Assembly (NCBI GenBank): GCA_946538615.1
Contig: CAMNGW010000001.1
Location: 5,166 to 69,165, forward strand
Reading direction: 5' to 3'
Length of the DNA: 64,000 bases
DNA from: an uncultured Clostridia bacterium
GTDB lineage: Bacteria; Bacillota; Clostridia; Christensenellales; Aristaeellaceae
Below, piece after piece: positions 1 through 9,886 of this stretch. Made by a program: the position numbers and the translations under genes. The notes under the pieces were generated by a model. It searched no databases and was not told where the DNA came from. It worked only from the letters and a program-made list of their open reading frames with translations. Within the stretch, counting starts at the first letter, position 1. Every line of letters begins with the position of its first letter.

Positions 1-1
1 C

Positions 2-343
2 GTTTCGTCACTGTCCGACACTGCGGTCCGCGCCGTGTGCTCAGTAACAGTTGCGGAGGACCTTCCGGTCCTGTCACTTCCTGAAATGCTCCGGGAAATC
101 GATGAAGAAGCCTTCGCCGGCATGCCGGCAGTGTGCCGGGTCAGCCTGGGCAGCCAGGTTTCCCGCATTGGTTCCCGCGCCTTCGCAGATAACCCGTCAC
201 TGGTGCAGGTCCGTGTGCCGGCGGGTTGCACAGACCTTGCAGACTCCGCCTTTGAAGGCTCGTCTCCTGCCATCGTCTGTCCCGAAAACAGCGCTGCCTG
301 GCACTATGCCATCTCCCATGGATATGCTGTTATCCCGGAGTGA
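2..343 (+). CDS. 3' end of a leucine-rich-repeat (BspA/LRR_5-like) surface protein; 5' end lies outside the window
   Basis: The frame is open from the window edge, with no stop between 2 and 34. It carries EEAF..G / IG.RAF / AFEG repeats typical of BspA-like LRRs. The last ~85 aa align by eye with the C-terminus of the 45736..49869 product. A hairpin plus T-tract follows. Confidence 0.7.
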   Translation, partial: VSSLSDTAVRAVCSVTVAEDLPVLSLPEMLREIDEEAFAGMPAVCRVSLGSQVSRIGSRAFADNPSLVQVRVPAGCTDLADSAFEGSSPAIVCPENSAAWHYAISHGYAVIPE

Positions 344-377
344 CAATATACCTTATCCGCAAGCAGCTGAAAAACTT

Positions 378-414
378 GCAGGGGCCCGTTCAGACACGGG
401 TCCCTGCTTTTCTT
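378..414 (+). terminator. Rho-independent terminator of the LRR gene
   Basis: Stem gcaggggcccgt (378-389) pairs with acgggtccctgc (396-407) with one mismatch. The tract ttttctt follows. Confidence 0.6.
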
Positions 415-442
415 CCGGTACCTGGCATGCACTCTGACCTCC

Positions 443-491
443 CGCGAAAAATCAAATGCCCGGCACGGTGCATGTGCACCGTGCCGGGCAT
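443..491 (-). terminator. Rho-independent terminator of the GH51-GH3 operon
   Basis: A near-perfect 17-nt inverted repeat lies at 456-472 / 475-491 (atgcccggcacggtgca / tgcaccgtgccgggcat). It sits just downstream of the GH3 stop on the minus strand and is followed there by ttgattttt. Confidence 0.6.
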
Positions 492-533
492 TGATGTCCC
501 TTTCCGGACAGGAAACGCTTCCGGTCCTAAGCT

Positions 534-3125
534 TCAGCGGACCGTAAAATCACACTGCATCAGAATATGTTCGGCATCCTTGGCAAGGTACACGGTGAAA
601 TCCCCCGGTTCCACGTGCCATTTGAAGTGCCTGTCAAGCGTTCTCATGGCATCCGGAGAAATCTCAAGGCAGATCTCCCGCTCTTCTCCCGGAAGCAGTT
701 CCACCTTGGTAAACGCCGCAAGCGTCATGAAGGGCTTGACAACCGATGCAAACTGATCCCGGATATACAGCTGCGGGACAGCGCTTCCCTTTACAGACCC
801 CGTGTTGCGTACCGTAAATCTCGCTGTTATGGGCTCACCTGCCGCAATGGTTGCCGCTGAAAGGCTCAGATGGTCAAAGGTAAAATCCGTATAGCTCAGG
901 CCATAGCCAAAAGGATACAGGGGCAGCCAGTCCATTTCAACATACCTTCTCCCGCCTCCGGGCCTCCTGCTGTAATGGCACGGGACCTGGCCCACATCCT
1001 TTGGGAACGTGATCGGGAGATGGCCGGAGGGATTGTTGTCGCCAAACAGGGTTTCCGCCACCGCCATACCGCCCTCTTCCCCAGGGAACCAGGCCTCTAA
1101 TATAGCCGGCACATGGGCCTGCTCCCACACAATGGAAGCAGGGCGCCCCGTCTGCAGGACCAGCACGACAGGTGTCCCGGTGTCCACCACTGCCTTGACC
1201 AGTTCACTTTGCCTTCCCGGAAGGTTCAGACTGACACGGTCAAGGTTCTCTCCGGAAGTCTCCTCGTTATCCCCCATGCACATCACGGCAACGTCAGCCT
1301 GGCGCGCCAGTTCAATTGCACGGGTGAAATCCTCCTTCTCACGGTTGTAGCCGAAGACAACCCTCGCTCCGCGCTGGTCGTTGGTAAAGAGGATGCGGAC
1401 CGCATAGGCCCTCCCTTTTTCAAATCTGAAAGGCACGGTGCGGTTGGCGTCCTTCTTCTCCCCCCAGCCATCAAGGACCAGTCTCCCGTCGACATACAGC
1501 TGCATACTGTCATTGGTGCTGAAGCCGATATAGCCATCGAACGTCTCCGGACTTGTCAGAATGCCGGTCCAGACCACACTGAACGCATAGGCATCCAGTT
1601 CGCCGTGCGGTTTGGACATGATCCAGTTAAACTGGATCATGGGATCTGTCCGTGTCATGACAGGGACGCCCTCAGGTTTTCTCCCGTTATAGTACCGGCC
1701 CGTCAGTCCCTGTTTTCCGGATTCATCGGTCAGCCACTGCGGATCAAAGGGAATAGCCCTGTCCCCGAGGAAATGGCAGCCTTCGTCATAGACCACCTCA
1801 GTCCCTTCCGAAGCGAGATTCCTTATCCCCTCAAGAACTGAAATACCGCCTTTGAACGGAGCTGTATAGTCACCAAGGACCGCCGGGAAGGCGCCGGGGC
1901 CGAGAACGGCGATCTTTTTCAGATCTTTGCTCAGCGGCAGGAGCTGGTCCTCATTTTTCAGCAGGGTAATGCCCTGACGTGCAATCTCCCTTGCCAGTTC
2001 CCGGTGCTGCTGGGCATGCACAACGGCCTGTCTCGCCGTATCAGTATAGGGGTTTTCAAACAGGCCAAGCATGAATTTCACACGCAGAACGCGCTCACAG
2101 GCCTGCCGGATCACCCGCTTATCAAGTCTTCCGCTCTCCACGAGCTGTTTCAGCCCGCTGTGCCATTCATCATGCGGGAAATCATACAGCTGCAGGTCCA
2201 CACCTGCCTCAAGCCCCATCGCCATCGCTTCCATCCGGGAATCCGCCACATAATGGTTGTCATACAGCCTGGCTACTGCAGTCAGGTCGGACCGCACGAA
2301 CCCCGGCATGTGCCAGGCGTCCCTGAGGACTTCGGTGAGCAGTTCATGGTCCGAGGCCACCGGCTGTCCATCGATCGAATTATAGGAGCACATCACATTT
2401 GTCGCGCCGCCGTCCCGTACCGCTGCCTCAAATACAGGGAGAGCCTCTGAGAACGCTTCATGCCTGCCCAGAGCGGAAGGGGCACAGTTCAGTCCGCCCA
2501 CAGGCGCGCCATATGCGACATAATGCTTGGGTTCTGCAGCAATCGCGTCCGGGTCTGACAGGCACCTGCCCTGCATGCCCCGTACCACTTCTCTGGCAAA
2601 CTCAGCGCACAGGTGCGTGTCCTCGCCATATGATTCCTCTGTTCTGCCGTAGCGGGGGTCGCGGATCAGGTCCATCACGGGGCTGAACGTCTCCTGAATC
2701 CCCATGGCCCTGGACTCTGTCCCAATCGCCCGTCCCATCTTCCATCCAAGTTCCGGCTCGAAGGTCGCAGCCAGCCCGATCTGCTGCGGAAAAGCTGTTG
2801 CTGCGCGGTGTCCCAGGCCATGCAGTGCCTCTTCACTGAAAAGAAAAGGAATGCCAAGGCGGGTCTTTTCAATGGCATACTTCTGGACCTGATTGATCTG
2901 CTCAGGCGTCATGCCCCGGGCCTGGATGCTGCCGCAGCTCTTTCCCTGAAGAAGGCTGTCGACCCTGTCCATATTAACGGACTGCACATCACCCTGTGCA
3001 TTGCGCACAGTAAAGTCATGGCTGTAGTACTGGTCCGTCTGATAAATCATCTCTTCCAGCGTCATACGTTCCAGAAGGTCCTCCAATCTGGCCTCCAGAT
3101 CCAAACCGGTATCCCTGTAACTCAT
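534..3125 (-). CDS. Glycoside hydrolase family 3 beta-glucosidase/beta-xylosidase with inserted PA14 domain
   Basis: 863 aa. GH3 nucleophile motif GFVRSDL is present. A PA14-like segment (GLTGRYYNG...) lies between the catalytic and C-terminal domains. The RBS is GGGAGGAAAGAG. Confidence 0.9.
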   Translation of the reverse strand: MSYRDTGLDLEARLEDLLERMTLEEMIYQTDQYYSHDFTVRNAQGDVQSVNMDRVDSLLQGKSCGSIQARGMTPEQINQVQKYAIEKTRLGIPFLFSEEALHGLGHRAATAFPQQIGLAATFEPELGWKMGRAIGTESRAMGIQETFSPVMDLIRDPRYGRTEESYGEDTHLCAEFAREVVRGMQGRCLSDPDAIAAEPKHYVAYGAPVGGLNCAPSALGRHEAFSEALPVFEAAVRDGGATNVMCSYNSIDGQPVASDHELLTEVLRDAWHMPGFVRSDLTAVARLYDNHYVADSRMEAMAMGLEAGVDLQLYDFPHDEWHSGLKQLVESGRLDKRVIRQACERVLRVKFMLGLFENPYTDTARQAVVHAQQHRELAREIARQGITLLKNEDQLLPLSKDLKKIAVLGPGAFPAVLGDYTAPFKGGISVLEGIRNLASEGTEVVYDEGCHFLGDRAIPFDPQWLTDESGKQGLTGRYYNGRKPEGVPVMTRTDPMIQFNWIMSKPHGELDAYAFSVVWTGILTSPETFDGYIGFSTNDSMQLYVDGRLVLDGWGEKKDANRTVPFRFEKGRAYAVRILFTNDQRGARVVFGYNREKEDFTRAIELARQADVAVMCMGDNEETSGENLDRVSLNLPGRQSELVKAVVDTGTPVVLVLQTGRPASIVWEQAHVPAILEAWFPGEEGGMAVAETLFGDNNPSGHLPITFPKDVGQVPCHYSRRPGGGRRYVEMDWLPLYPFGYGLSYTDFTFDHLSLSAATIAAGEPITARFTVRNTGSVKGSAVPQLYIRDQFASVVKPFMTLAAFTKVELLPGEEREICLEISPDAMRTLDRHFKWHVEPGDFTVYLAKDAEHILMQCDFTVR

Positions 3126-3141
3126 TTTCTCTTTCCTCCCG

Positions 3142-4980
3142 CTAATAATCTGTCAGTTTAAACCGGATCCTCCCTACACTGCGGGGCGGCAGAAACACAT
3201 GCACCCTGTCCCCTGCCGTATAAGACACTTCCCGCTCCTCAAAGACGGACCCCGGAAGCAGGTCTGACGCAACAAGAAGCTTTTCGGGAAACACTTTTCC
3301 CAGGCAGGGCATCACATATTCCACATCTTCATCGTAGTCCGTGTTCAGAAGCGTCATGGTGACCAGACCCCATTTCATGCTGGCCACAGCATCCCCGCCC
3401 AGAACAGGCACATAAGTCCCGCCCCGGTGGGCCATTATCATGTTGAATACTCTTCCGTTTGGCGTAAGGCACGCATGGTCAGGGAACACATCAATAGCCC
3501 CTTCTCCCACCGGCTGAAAATAGCATGCAAGCGGCATATCAAGTTCTGCTGCGTGCCGCAGGAGCATGTGCAGCATGCATGCTGTATAGATTCCTTCCAT
3601 CGCATTGGGCTTGCGGAACCAGGCCGCCCATACGTTCCACTCGTCGCAGGAGATATGGATGCCTTCCGGCGTGACAGCACGCAGTTCCCGCAGTGCCTCA
3701 AGGTTTCCCCTGACAGAATCCACCATATCCGTATACGTCTTCCTGACCCTTTCCGGTGTTGTGAAATCCTGTCGGGACCCCTGATACACGTGATACGAGA
3801 TATACTGCGCCTCCGGGTACAGAGCCGCTGCAGATGCATTGACCCAGGTCCTCGCGCGCGCCCCGTCATGATAGGGGCCGCAGCTCACAATCTGAATGTC
3901 AGGTGAAACAGACCGCATGGCACGGGCCGCTTCCTTGCCAAGCGCTGCATACTTTTCCGGGTCCATGGGGCCTTCCATATGGCCATAGCCCATTTCATTG
4001 CCAAGGGACCAGAAGCGCACATTGTAGGGTTCTTCGTGTCCGCGCTCGGCACGTTTCCGGCCGTACACCGTATCCGTACCACCGTTGCAGTATTCTACCC
4101 AGGCCGCGCACTGCTCAGGCGTGTCCCAGGCCAGGTTCACCGTGATAAAAGGCTCGGCACCAATCTTTCTGCAGAGCATGATATAGTCATCTGTATCCAG
4201 ATCATTCACATCGTACCCATGTGTATAGGGCTGGGTCTCATCCTCCGTAACAGCCTGAAGGGGCGCCCGCTGGTCCACGGGCAGGAACATATCCTGCCAC
4301 CGGTACTCGCCCGCAAAATTCCCTCCCGGCCATCTGAGCAGCGTTATGCCTATTTTCTGCATTTCCCGGACCACATCCCAGCGCATGCCATAAAAGTGGC
4401 GCCGCGGAAGCATGGAAACTGAGCCAAAAACAACACGGGCCCGCTCTGTAAAGGTGATGCTGAGGATCGCTTCTGCCCTCTGGGGCACAGTCAGGGCCAC
4501 TTCACAGCGCTGAAAGCTGTCCTCATGGAGATGGACTGTTTTCTCTTCGAGGAGTTTTTCCCTGGCCCACAGCCTGACATGCAGGCATACAGGTACCGAA
4601 CTTCTCGCCACCACAGCGAAATCGTATGCTGTCCCGCAAAGCTCAAGCCCGCTCTGCTCTATGCCGGCTTCCCTGCCCTCTGTGGGGTTCTGTACTGTCT
4701 GGGCATTGGTTTCGTTGCGCCGCCGCATGCCGTTTTCCGTCATGTGACAGACATAGGCGTCCTGGTCATTGCAGAAATACGCCCGCTCCCCTATTCCTTT
4801 CCATTCTGCAGCTACGCCGGTCCTTGCTCCCGGCCTGCCCGCAAATTTCCGGTTCCTCAGGACCTGCGCACTCAGACCGCCTGACATGCAGGCCCTGGTG
4901 TGCTCCAGATTATGCCCGAAAAGGAAGGGGGAAAGAGGGGCCTGACTGTCTGTCAGGACCCGGAGTTCCCTGATCTTCAT
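3142..4980 (-). CDS. GH51-like alpha-L-arabinofuranosidase family glycosidase
   Basis: 612 aa. Both GH51 signature motifs are present: acid/base WSLGNEMGYG and nucleophile ISCDEWNVW. The RBS is GCAGGAGGGG. The gene lies 16 nt upstream of the GH3 gene and is probably in the same operon. Confidence 0.8.
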   Translation of the reverse strand: MKIRELRVLTDSQAPLSPFLFGHNLEHTRACMSGGLSAQVLRNRKFAGRPGARTGVAAEWKGIGERAYFCNDQDAYVCHMTENGMRRRNETNAQTVQNPTEGREAGIEQSGLELCGTAYDFAVVARSSVPVCLHVRLWAREKLLEEKTVHLHEDSFQRCEVALTVPQRAEAILSITFTERARVVFGSVSMLPRRHFYGMRWDVVREMQKIGITLLRWPGGNFAGEYRWQDMFLPVDQRAPLQAVTEDETQPYTHGYDVNDLDTDDYIMLCRKIGAEPFITVNLAWDTPEQCAAWVEYCNGGTDTVYGRKRAERGHEEPYNVRFWSLGNEMGYGHMEGPMDPEKYAALGKEAARAMRSVSPDIQIVSCGPYHDGARARTWVNASAAALYPEAQYISYHVYQGSRQDFTTPERVRKTYTDMVDSVRGNLEALRELRAVTPEGIHISCDEWNVWAAWFRKPNAMEGIYTACMLHMLLRHAAELDMPLACYFQPVGEGAIDVFPDHACLTPNGRVFNMIMAHRGGTYVPVLGGDAVASMKWGLVTMTLLNTDYDEDVEYVMPCLGKVFPEKLLVASDLLPGSVFEEREVSYTAGDRVHVFLPPRSVGRIRFKLTDY

Positions 4981-5147
4981 GCCTTTCCCCTCCTGCTTTG
5001 CATGAATCCATGTGCTGTTTTGTCACCTTTCCCTGACAGTGTATACTGCTTTTCCCAATATGGCAATAGCGAAAAAAGGCTTGACGCAGCGCTGTCTTTC
5101 GCCTACGCTATCCCCTGCAGACCTCATTTTTTCCGGAGGAATACGCC

Positions 5148-5876
5148 ATGCAGCAGACAGAAAATACTGCCATTGTGGTCCATGCGGTCAATTACCGCGA
5201 AGCCGACAGAATGCTTACCCTGTTCAGTCCTGTCCATGGACGGATTGACGCCATTGCCAGGGGGTGCAAGCGCCCCAAGTCCCCGCTCCTGAACGCGTCT
5301 GAAATCTTCGCTCTGGGCGATTATGAGCTATATGAAAAAAGCGGAAGGCACACCATTGTCTCCGCTTCTCTGATTGAAACCTTTTTTCCTCTGCGCGAGG
5401 ATTATGAGCGCCTGGTCTGTGGAACGTACCTCCTGGGCCTTTGCAGCGCTGTGATCCAGCCCAACCAGCATGCCGAGAACCTCTTTTCCCTGCTGCTGCA
5501 CACCCTGTCCCGTCTTACCTTTTCGGACCAGGAATGGCGGCCCCTGCTGTGCGGTTTCCTCATCCATTTTACAGCTGACCAGGGGATCCAGCCCAGACTG
5601 CACCACTGCGTGCTGTGCGGCAGGCCTGTTCCTGCCGATGAGAACGCATTCTTTGGCGTCCATGACGGCGGCGTGGTCTGCAGGACCTGCCACCGCCAGG
5701 GGGACATGCCCCTCGCGGCGGCTCAGCGGGCTTTTCTCTCCTCTGCCCTGCGCTCCGGTAGCGCATCCTGGGTCAACTCCCCGGAAAAGTACGCTCCTTT
5801 GCGCGTCATGCGCAGGTATGTGGAATCCCAGCTAGGGAGCCGCCTGAACCCGGGGCTCATGCTTCCGGACGATTAA
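5148..5876 (+). CDS. recO: DNA repair protein RecO
   Basis: 242 aa. The N-terminal OB-fold pattern is AIVVHAVNYREADRMLTLFSP..G. A Cys4 zinc motif is present (CVLCG...CRTCH). The RBS is GGAGGA. Confidence 0.9.
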   Translation: MQQTENTAIVVHAVNYREADRMLTLFSPVHGRIDAIARGCKRPKSPLLNASEIFALGDYELYEKSGRHTIVSASLIETFFPLREDYERLVCGTYLLGLCSAVIQPNQHAENLFSLLLHTLSRLTFSDQEWRPLLCGFLIHFTADQGIQPRLHHCVLCGRPVPADENAFFGVHDGGVVCRTCHRQGDMPLAAAQRAFLSSALRSGSASWVNSPEKYAPLRVMRRYVESQLGSRLNPGLMLPDD

Positions 5877-7267
5877 GTCCCCTTACTGTCCGCTTCTGCT
5901 TTTTTGGGGACCAGCCACGTATCACCCCGCATGCGCAGCCTGAGCGCAATACCGCGTGCCGCCCACTCTATGACAAGTGAGATCCACACGCCCGGCACAC
6001 CGAGCCCCAGCGGGATCGTCAGGAAGTACCCTGCCACGCACCGGCAAAGGACAAGGGCCACAACGGAAACGGTGCCCGTATACACACTGTCTCCCGCGCA
6101 CCGCAGCGCCATAGAGGGGATATTGCTGTCGCACCAAAGGAACGGCAGGCAGAATACGCCAATGCGCAGAGCCTCATAAATGATGGGCGCCCCCTCCGCA
6201 GTGGCATGGTACATGGTCATCACAAAGGGCGTCAGAGGATAGAGCACGGCAACGGTCACAAGCAGGATGACCCGTCCGATGCGTATGAGGTTCTTTGCAT
6301 AGGTCCTGGTCAGTTCATACTTGCCGGCGCCATAGCACTGTCCGCACACCGTGCTTGTCAGGGAGATCAGTGCGTTCCCCGGCACCATGTAAAGGTTCAG
6401 TATGGAATTGGCCACCGCATGGGCCGCAAGGGCCGCCGTGGTCAGTTTGGCAAGATACACCTGCACCAGCAGCATGCCGCCCTGCAGCAGCAGGGACTCA
6501 ACGGCAAGCGGCATGCCCAGGGAAAAGATTTCCCGTGTGGTGGATGCCTTAAAGTGGAAAAAGTTGCCCAGCGTCACACCGTAGTCATTGTAGAAGACCA
6601 GCACCATGAGAAGGGCTACGATCATGCCGATCAGCCGGGCCAGGATATATGAAAGACCGGAGCCTGTCACACCCATGTGCAGGAAGTTGATAAAGACAAT
6701 GCTGAGGATCAGGTGCATCACATTAATGACGATGGTAAGCACCAGGCTCTGTCTTGTATTGCCCAGGTTCCTCAGGATATTGAACACCGCATTGAAAACC
6801 GAAAAAGGAATGAAGGAGATTGCCATCATCCGCATGTAGCTCACCGCGTATTCCACAAGAAGCGGCTCCACATTCGGATACAGGGCACGCACCAGCACCT
6901 CCGCAAGGGCATACAGCCCGGCGGACAGCACAGTGGCCACAGCGCCGCACAGTCCCGTCACCTCTCCGATTGTGCGGCGGATATCAGCAAAGTCCCCGCG
7001 CCCCTTGGCACGTGCCACCACAATCGCTCCGCCCGTGGCCATAGAGGTAAAGACCAGACTGACCAGACCGTTGATGGTGCCCACCATGGACACCGCCGCA
7101 ATGGCAGCCTCGCCTACCGAAGAGACAAGCGCTGTGCTTACCATGCCGATAAAGAAAATAAAGAACGTATCCAGCATCAGGGTAAAAAACATTCCCCTGA
7201 GCTGTTTGTAGGTGAACTGCTCCGTGGTGAGCAGTTTTTCCATATGATTCTGCAGCGCGTTCAACAT
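5873..7267 (-). CDS. MATE family efflux transporter
   Basis: 464 aa and polytopic, with about 12 hydrophobic segments. The N-terminus is MATE-like (FTLMLDTFFIFFIGMVSTALVSSVGEAAIAAV). Its 3' end overlaps the recO stop by 4 nt in a convergent arrangement. Confidence 0.85.
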   Translation of the reverse strand: MLNALQNHMEKLLTTEQFTYKQLRGMFFTLMLDTFFIFFIGMVSTALVSSVGEAAIAAVSMVGTINGLVSLVFTSMATGGAIVVARAKGRGDFADIRRTIGEVTGLCGAVATVLSAGLYALAEVLVRALYPNVEPLLVEYAVSYMRMMAISFIPFSVFNAVFNILRNLGNTRQSLVLTIVINVMHLILSIVFINFLHMGVTGSGLSYILARLIGMIVALLMVLVFYNDYGVTLGNFFHFKASTTREIFSLGMPLAVESLLLQGGMLLVQVYLAKLTTAALAAHAVANSILNLYMVPGNALISLTSTVCGQCYGAGKYELTRTYAKNLIRIGRVILLVTVAVLYPLTPFVMTMYHATAEGAPIIYEALRIGVFCLPFLWCDSNIPSMALRCAGDSVYTGTVSVVALVLCRCVAGYFLTIPLGLGVPGVWISLVIEWAARGIALRLRMRGDTWLVPKKAEADSKGT

Positions 7268-7286
7268 GCCTTACCTCAAATCTGCC

Positions 7287-8687
7287 TTAGTCGGCTACTT
7301 TGCCTGGATTGAGGATTCCCTTAGGATCAAATACCCGCTTGATCCCCCGCATCAGTTCCATCTGCCGTTCTCCGACGCTCCGGGCAAGGTACGCCTTCTT
7401 GGCGTGCCCCACCCCATGCTCCCCGCTCACCTGTCCCTCAAGTCTCTCCGCCTCACGGTAAAGGGCATCCATGACAGAGCTGACCCGGGTCTTCCATGTC
7501 TGCTCATCCAGTCCGTCCCGGCACACATAGATATGCAGGTTGCCATCCCCTGCGTGCCCGAAGGAACGGATGCGGATCCCGTTTTCCCGGCTGATCTCCA
7601 CCATGCGGTGCACAAAGGCGGCAATGGCGTCCCGCGGCACGACAACATCGCATTCATCCATGGCGCTTGTGCTGTTTTTAATCGCCTCCAGGAACGCACC
7701 CCTTGCGTTCCAGATGCTCTCCTTGCGCTCATCCGTATCAGCCAGGAGCACGTCTTTCGCGCCAAGGGAGAGCAGCAGCTCCGTGAGCGTGTCCATAGCC
7801 GGCTGGAGCTGGGCCTCGCTTCCCCCGTCAAGACGGATCAGAAGGTAGGCGTCCGCGCTCGTGTCCGGAAAGGATTTGCCCAGGTACGTCTCAGCGCACG
7901 AGATGACCTCCCGCTCCATGAACTCCACCGCGGTCGGGTCACAGCCGCTGAGCAGGACCTGGGGGACAGCCCGGATACACGCGTCAATGTCATCAAAGGG
8001 GATGAGAAGGGAGAGGTTCACTTTGGGCTCAGCCACCAGCTTGACGGTCAGCTTTGTGAGGATCCCCAGCGTGCCCTCGGACCCGATCAGAAGGTCCATG
8101 AGGCTGTACCCGCTTGATGTTTTGACATTCTTGCCCCCGAAGACCTCCACCGTGCCGTCAGCCAGGACGACTTCCATGCCCAGGACATAATCCCTGGTGA
8201 CACCGTAGCGCACGGCGCGCATGCCGCCCGCGTTGGTCATGGCGTTCCCGCCCATGGTTGCCGTTTTCTCGCCCGGGTCCGGCGGATAGAAAAGCCCGGT
8301 CCCTTCAAGGGCCTTGGGGAACTCCATCAGGAGCACGCCCGGCTCGACTGTCGCTGTCATATTGCGCGTGTCCACTTCAAGCACGCGCTTCATTTTTTCT
8401 GTGGAAAGAACGATGCCGCCATGGACTGGGACACAGCCGCCGCAAAGGCCGGTCCCCGCTCCCCTCGGCGTCACAGCAATGTCATGGTCATTGCAATAGG
8501 CAAGGACCCGGCTGACCTCCTCAGTGGATGTGGCCAACACAACAGCCTCCGGCATAAAGTGTCCGTATTCTGTCATCTCGTCATGATCATAGTCTGTGGA
8601 AACAGCCTCTCCCGAGAACACGCGTCCGGGCATAACCGATTCAAAGAACGCAATATCGTTTTCATCCACTGTGTGAAATGTCCTCAT
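7287..8687 (-). CDS. FAD-binding oxidase (GlcD family), LctD-like lactate dehydrogenase subunit
   Basis: 466 aa. The FAD_binding_4 pattern is VTPRGAGTGLCGG. A GlcD-type C-terminal domain is present (HAGDGNLH...GEHGVG). Its start overlaps the stop of the upstream etfA-like gene by 4 nt. Confidence 0.85.
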   Translation of the reverse strand: MRTFHTVDENDIAFFESVMPGRVFSGEAVSTDYDHDEMTEYGHFMPEAVVLATSTEEVSRVLAYCNDHDIAVTPRGAGTGLCGGCVPVHGGIVLSTEKMKRVLEVDTRNMTATVEPGVLLMEFPKALEGTGLFYPPDPGEKTATMGGNAMTNAGGMRAVRYGVTRDYVLGMEVVLADGTVEVFGGKNVKTSSGYSLMDLLIGSEGTLGILTKLTVKLVAEPKVNLSLLIPFDDIDACIRAVPQVLLSGCDPTAVEFMEREVISCAETYLGKSFPDTSADAYLLIRLDGGSEAQLQPAMDTLTELLLSLGAKDVLLADTDERKESIWNARGAFLEAIKNSTSAMDECDVVVPRDAIAAFVHRMVEISRENGIRIRSFGHAGDGNLHIYVCRDGLDEQTWKTRVSSVMDALYREAERLEGQVSGEHGVGHAKKAYLARSVGERQMELMRGIKRVFDPKGILNPGKVAD

Positions 8688-9874
8688 GCTCTCCCGCCTC
8701 CCTTCAGACTTTCCATGAGACGTGGGACCACATCATACAGGTCCCCGACTATGGCGATATGGGCCACCTGGAAAATCGGGGCATCCGGATCCGTGTTGAT
8801 CGCCACAATATGCTCGCTGCCGTTCATGCAGGCCACGAACTGGATGGCTCCGCTCACACCGCAGGTGATGATGAGTTTCGGCCTCACGGTCCTTCCCGAA
8901 AGGCCAATCTGCCTTTCGTTGCCGGCCCAGCCTTTTTCCACCAGCGGCCTGGTTGTTGCCCAGTCACCGCCAAGCTGCTTTGCCAGGTCCTGGACCAGCC
9001 GGAGGTCTTCCTCTTTCTGAAGGCCGCGGCCGCCCACAACCAGGACCTCCGCATCCGATATGGATTTGACCGGCGGTACGGGCACCACGGACAGGCAGGT
9101 GATTCTGGATGCATACACATTCTCCGGCACCGGACGCATGAGTATTTCCCCGCTCTGCTTTTCTTCGCGCACACAAGGATTCATCACCTTGTAGCGCACC
9201 GTGGCAAACTGGGGCCGGGTATTTCCAGTGATGATCTGCGCCATAATGTTGCCGCCAAAAGCCGGACGGATCTGCACAAGGTCGGTGTTCTCACGGAGCA
9301 TGAGGGTCGTACAGTCAGCCGTGAGCCCTGTGTGGAACCTCGTGGCCACTCTCGGGGCCAGCGAGCGCCCCAGACTGGTCGCGCCTGTCAGCACAACGCT
9401 TGGTTTCAGTCTCTTGATCTCTGCTTCCACACAGTCCGCATAAGCGTCCGCCCGGAAGTACCCCAGCTGGGGATCGTCATAGACCGCGATCTTCCCCAGC
9501 CCATAGTGTGTCAGTTCCTCCGCCGCCCCTTCCAGTCCATGTCCGACCAGCACGGCGTGCACCTCAAACCCCAGGGGGCCTGCCAGCTCCCTGGCTTTTC
9601 CGATCAGTTCTGTGACCACAGGATGGAGCCTGCCCCCTGAAATTTCCGCGAAAACAAGGATATCGTTCCACGCCTTCTTGTCCACGCTCTGTGTGCGCGT
9701 CTCAAGGCGGACAATGGCACTCTCTGGACAGTTCCTGACGCAGATTCCGCAGACACGGCAAGCCGCATTCAGTTCCGGTTTCCCGTCCTTCATGTCGATG
9801 GCGCCGAACGGACAGCTGCTCTGACAGATCCCGCAGCCCACGCATTTACGTTCAATCACAGCAATCTTCGCCAT
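8684..9874 (-). CDS. Electron transfer flavoprotein alpha subunit with N-terminal 2x[4Fe-4S] ferredoxin domain (LctC-like)
   Basis: 396 aa. Two CxxCxxCxxxCP motifs are present (CVGCGICQSSCP, CRVCGICVRNCP). An EtfA core follows (GGRG..., AINTDPDAPIF). Confidence 0.9.
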   Translation of the reverse strand: MAKIAVIERKCVGCGICQSSCPFGAIDMKDGKPELNAACRVCGICVRNCPESAIVRLETRTQSVDKKAWNDILVFAEISGGRLHPVVTELIGKARELAGPLGFEVHAVLVGHGLEGAAEELTHYGLGKIAVYDDPQLGYFRADAYADCVEAEIKRLKPSVVLTGATSLGRSLAPRVATRFHTGLTADCTTLMLRENTDLVQIRPAFGGNIMAQIITGNTRPQFATVRYKVMNPCVREEKQSGEILMRPVPENVYASRITCLSVVPVPPVKSISDAEVLVVGGRGLQKEEDLRLVQDLAKQLGGDWATTRPLVEKGWAGNERQIGLSGRTVRPKLIITCGVSGAIQFVACMNGSEHIVAINTDPDAPIFQVAHIAIVGDLYDVVPRLMESLKGGGRA

Positions 9875-9886
9875 GCGCTCATCTCC

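Noticed and set aside
5873-5876. 4-nt overlap of the convergent recO and MATE stop codons with no intervening terminator.
   Set aside because: This is unremarkable compaction. I could not support any regulatory interpretation from the sequence.
7266-9640. Plus-strand ORFs (283 and 320 aa) opposite the FAD-oxidase and etfA genes.
   Set aside because: They are antisense to genes with clear cofactor motifs and translational coupling, and they have no RBS.
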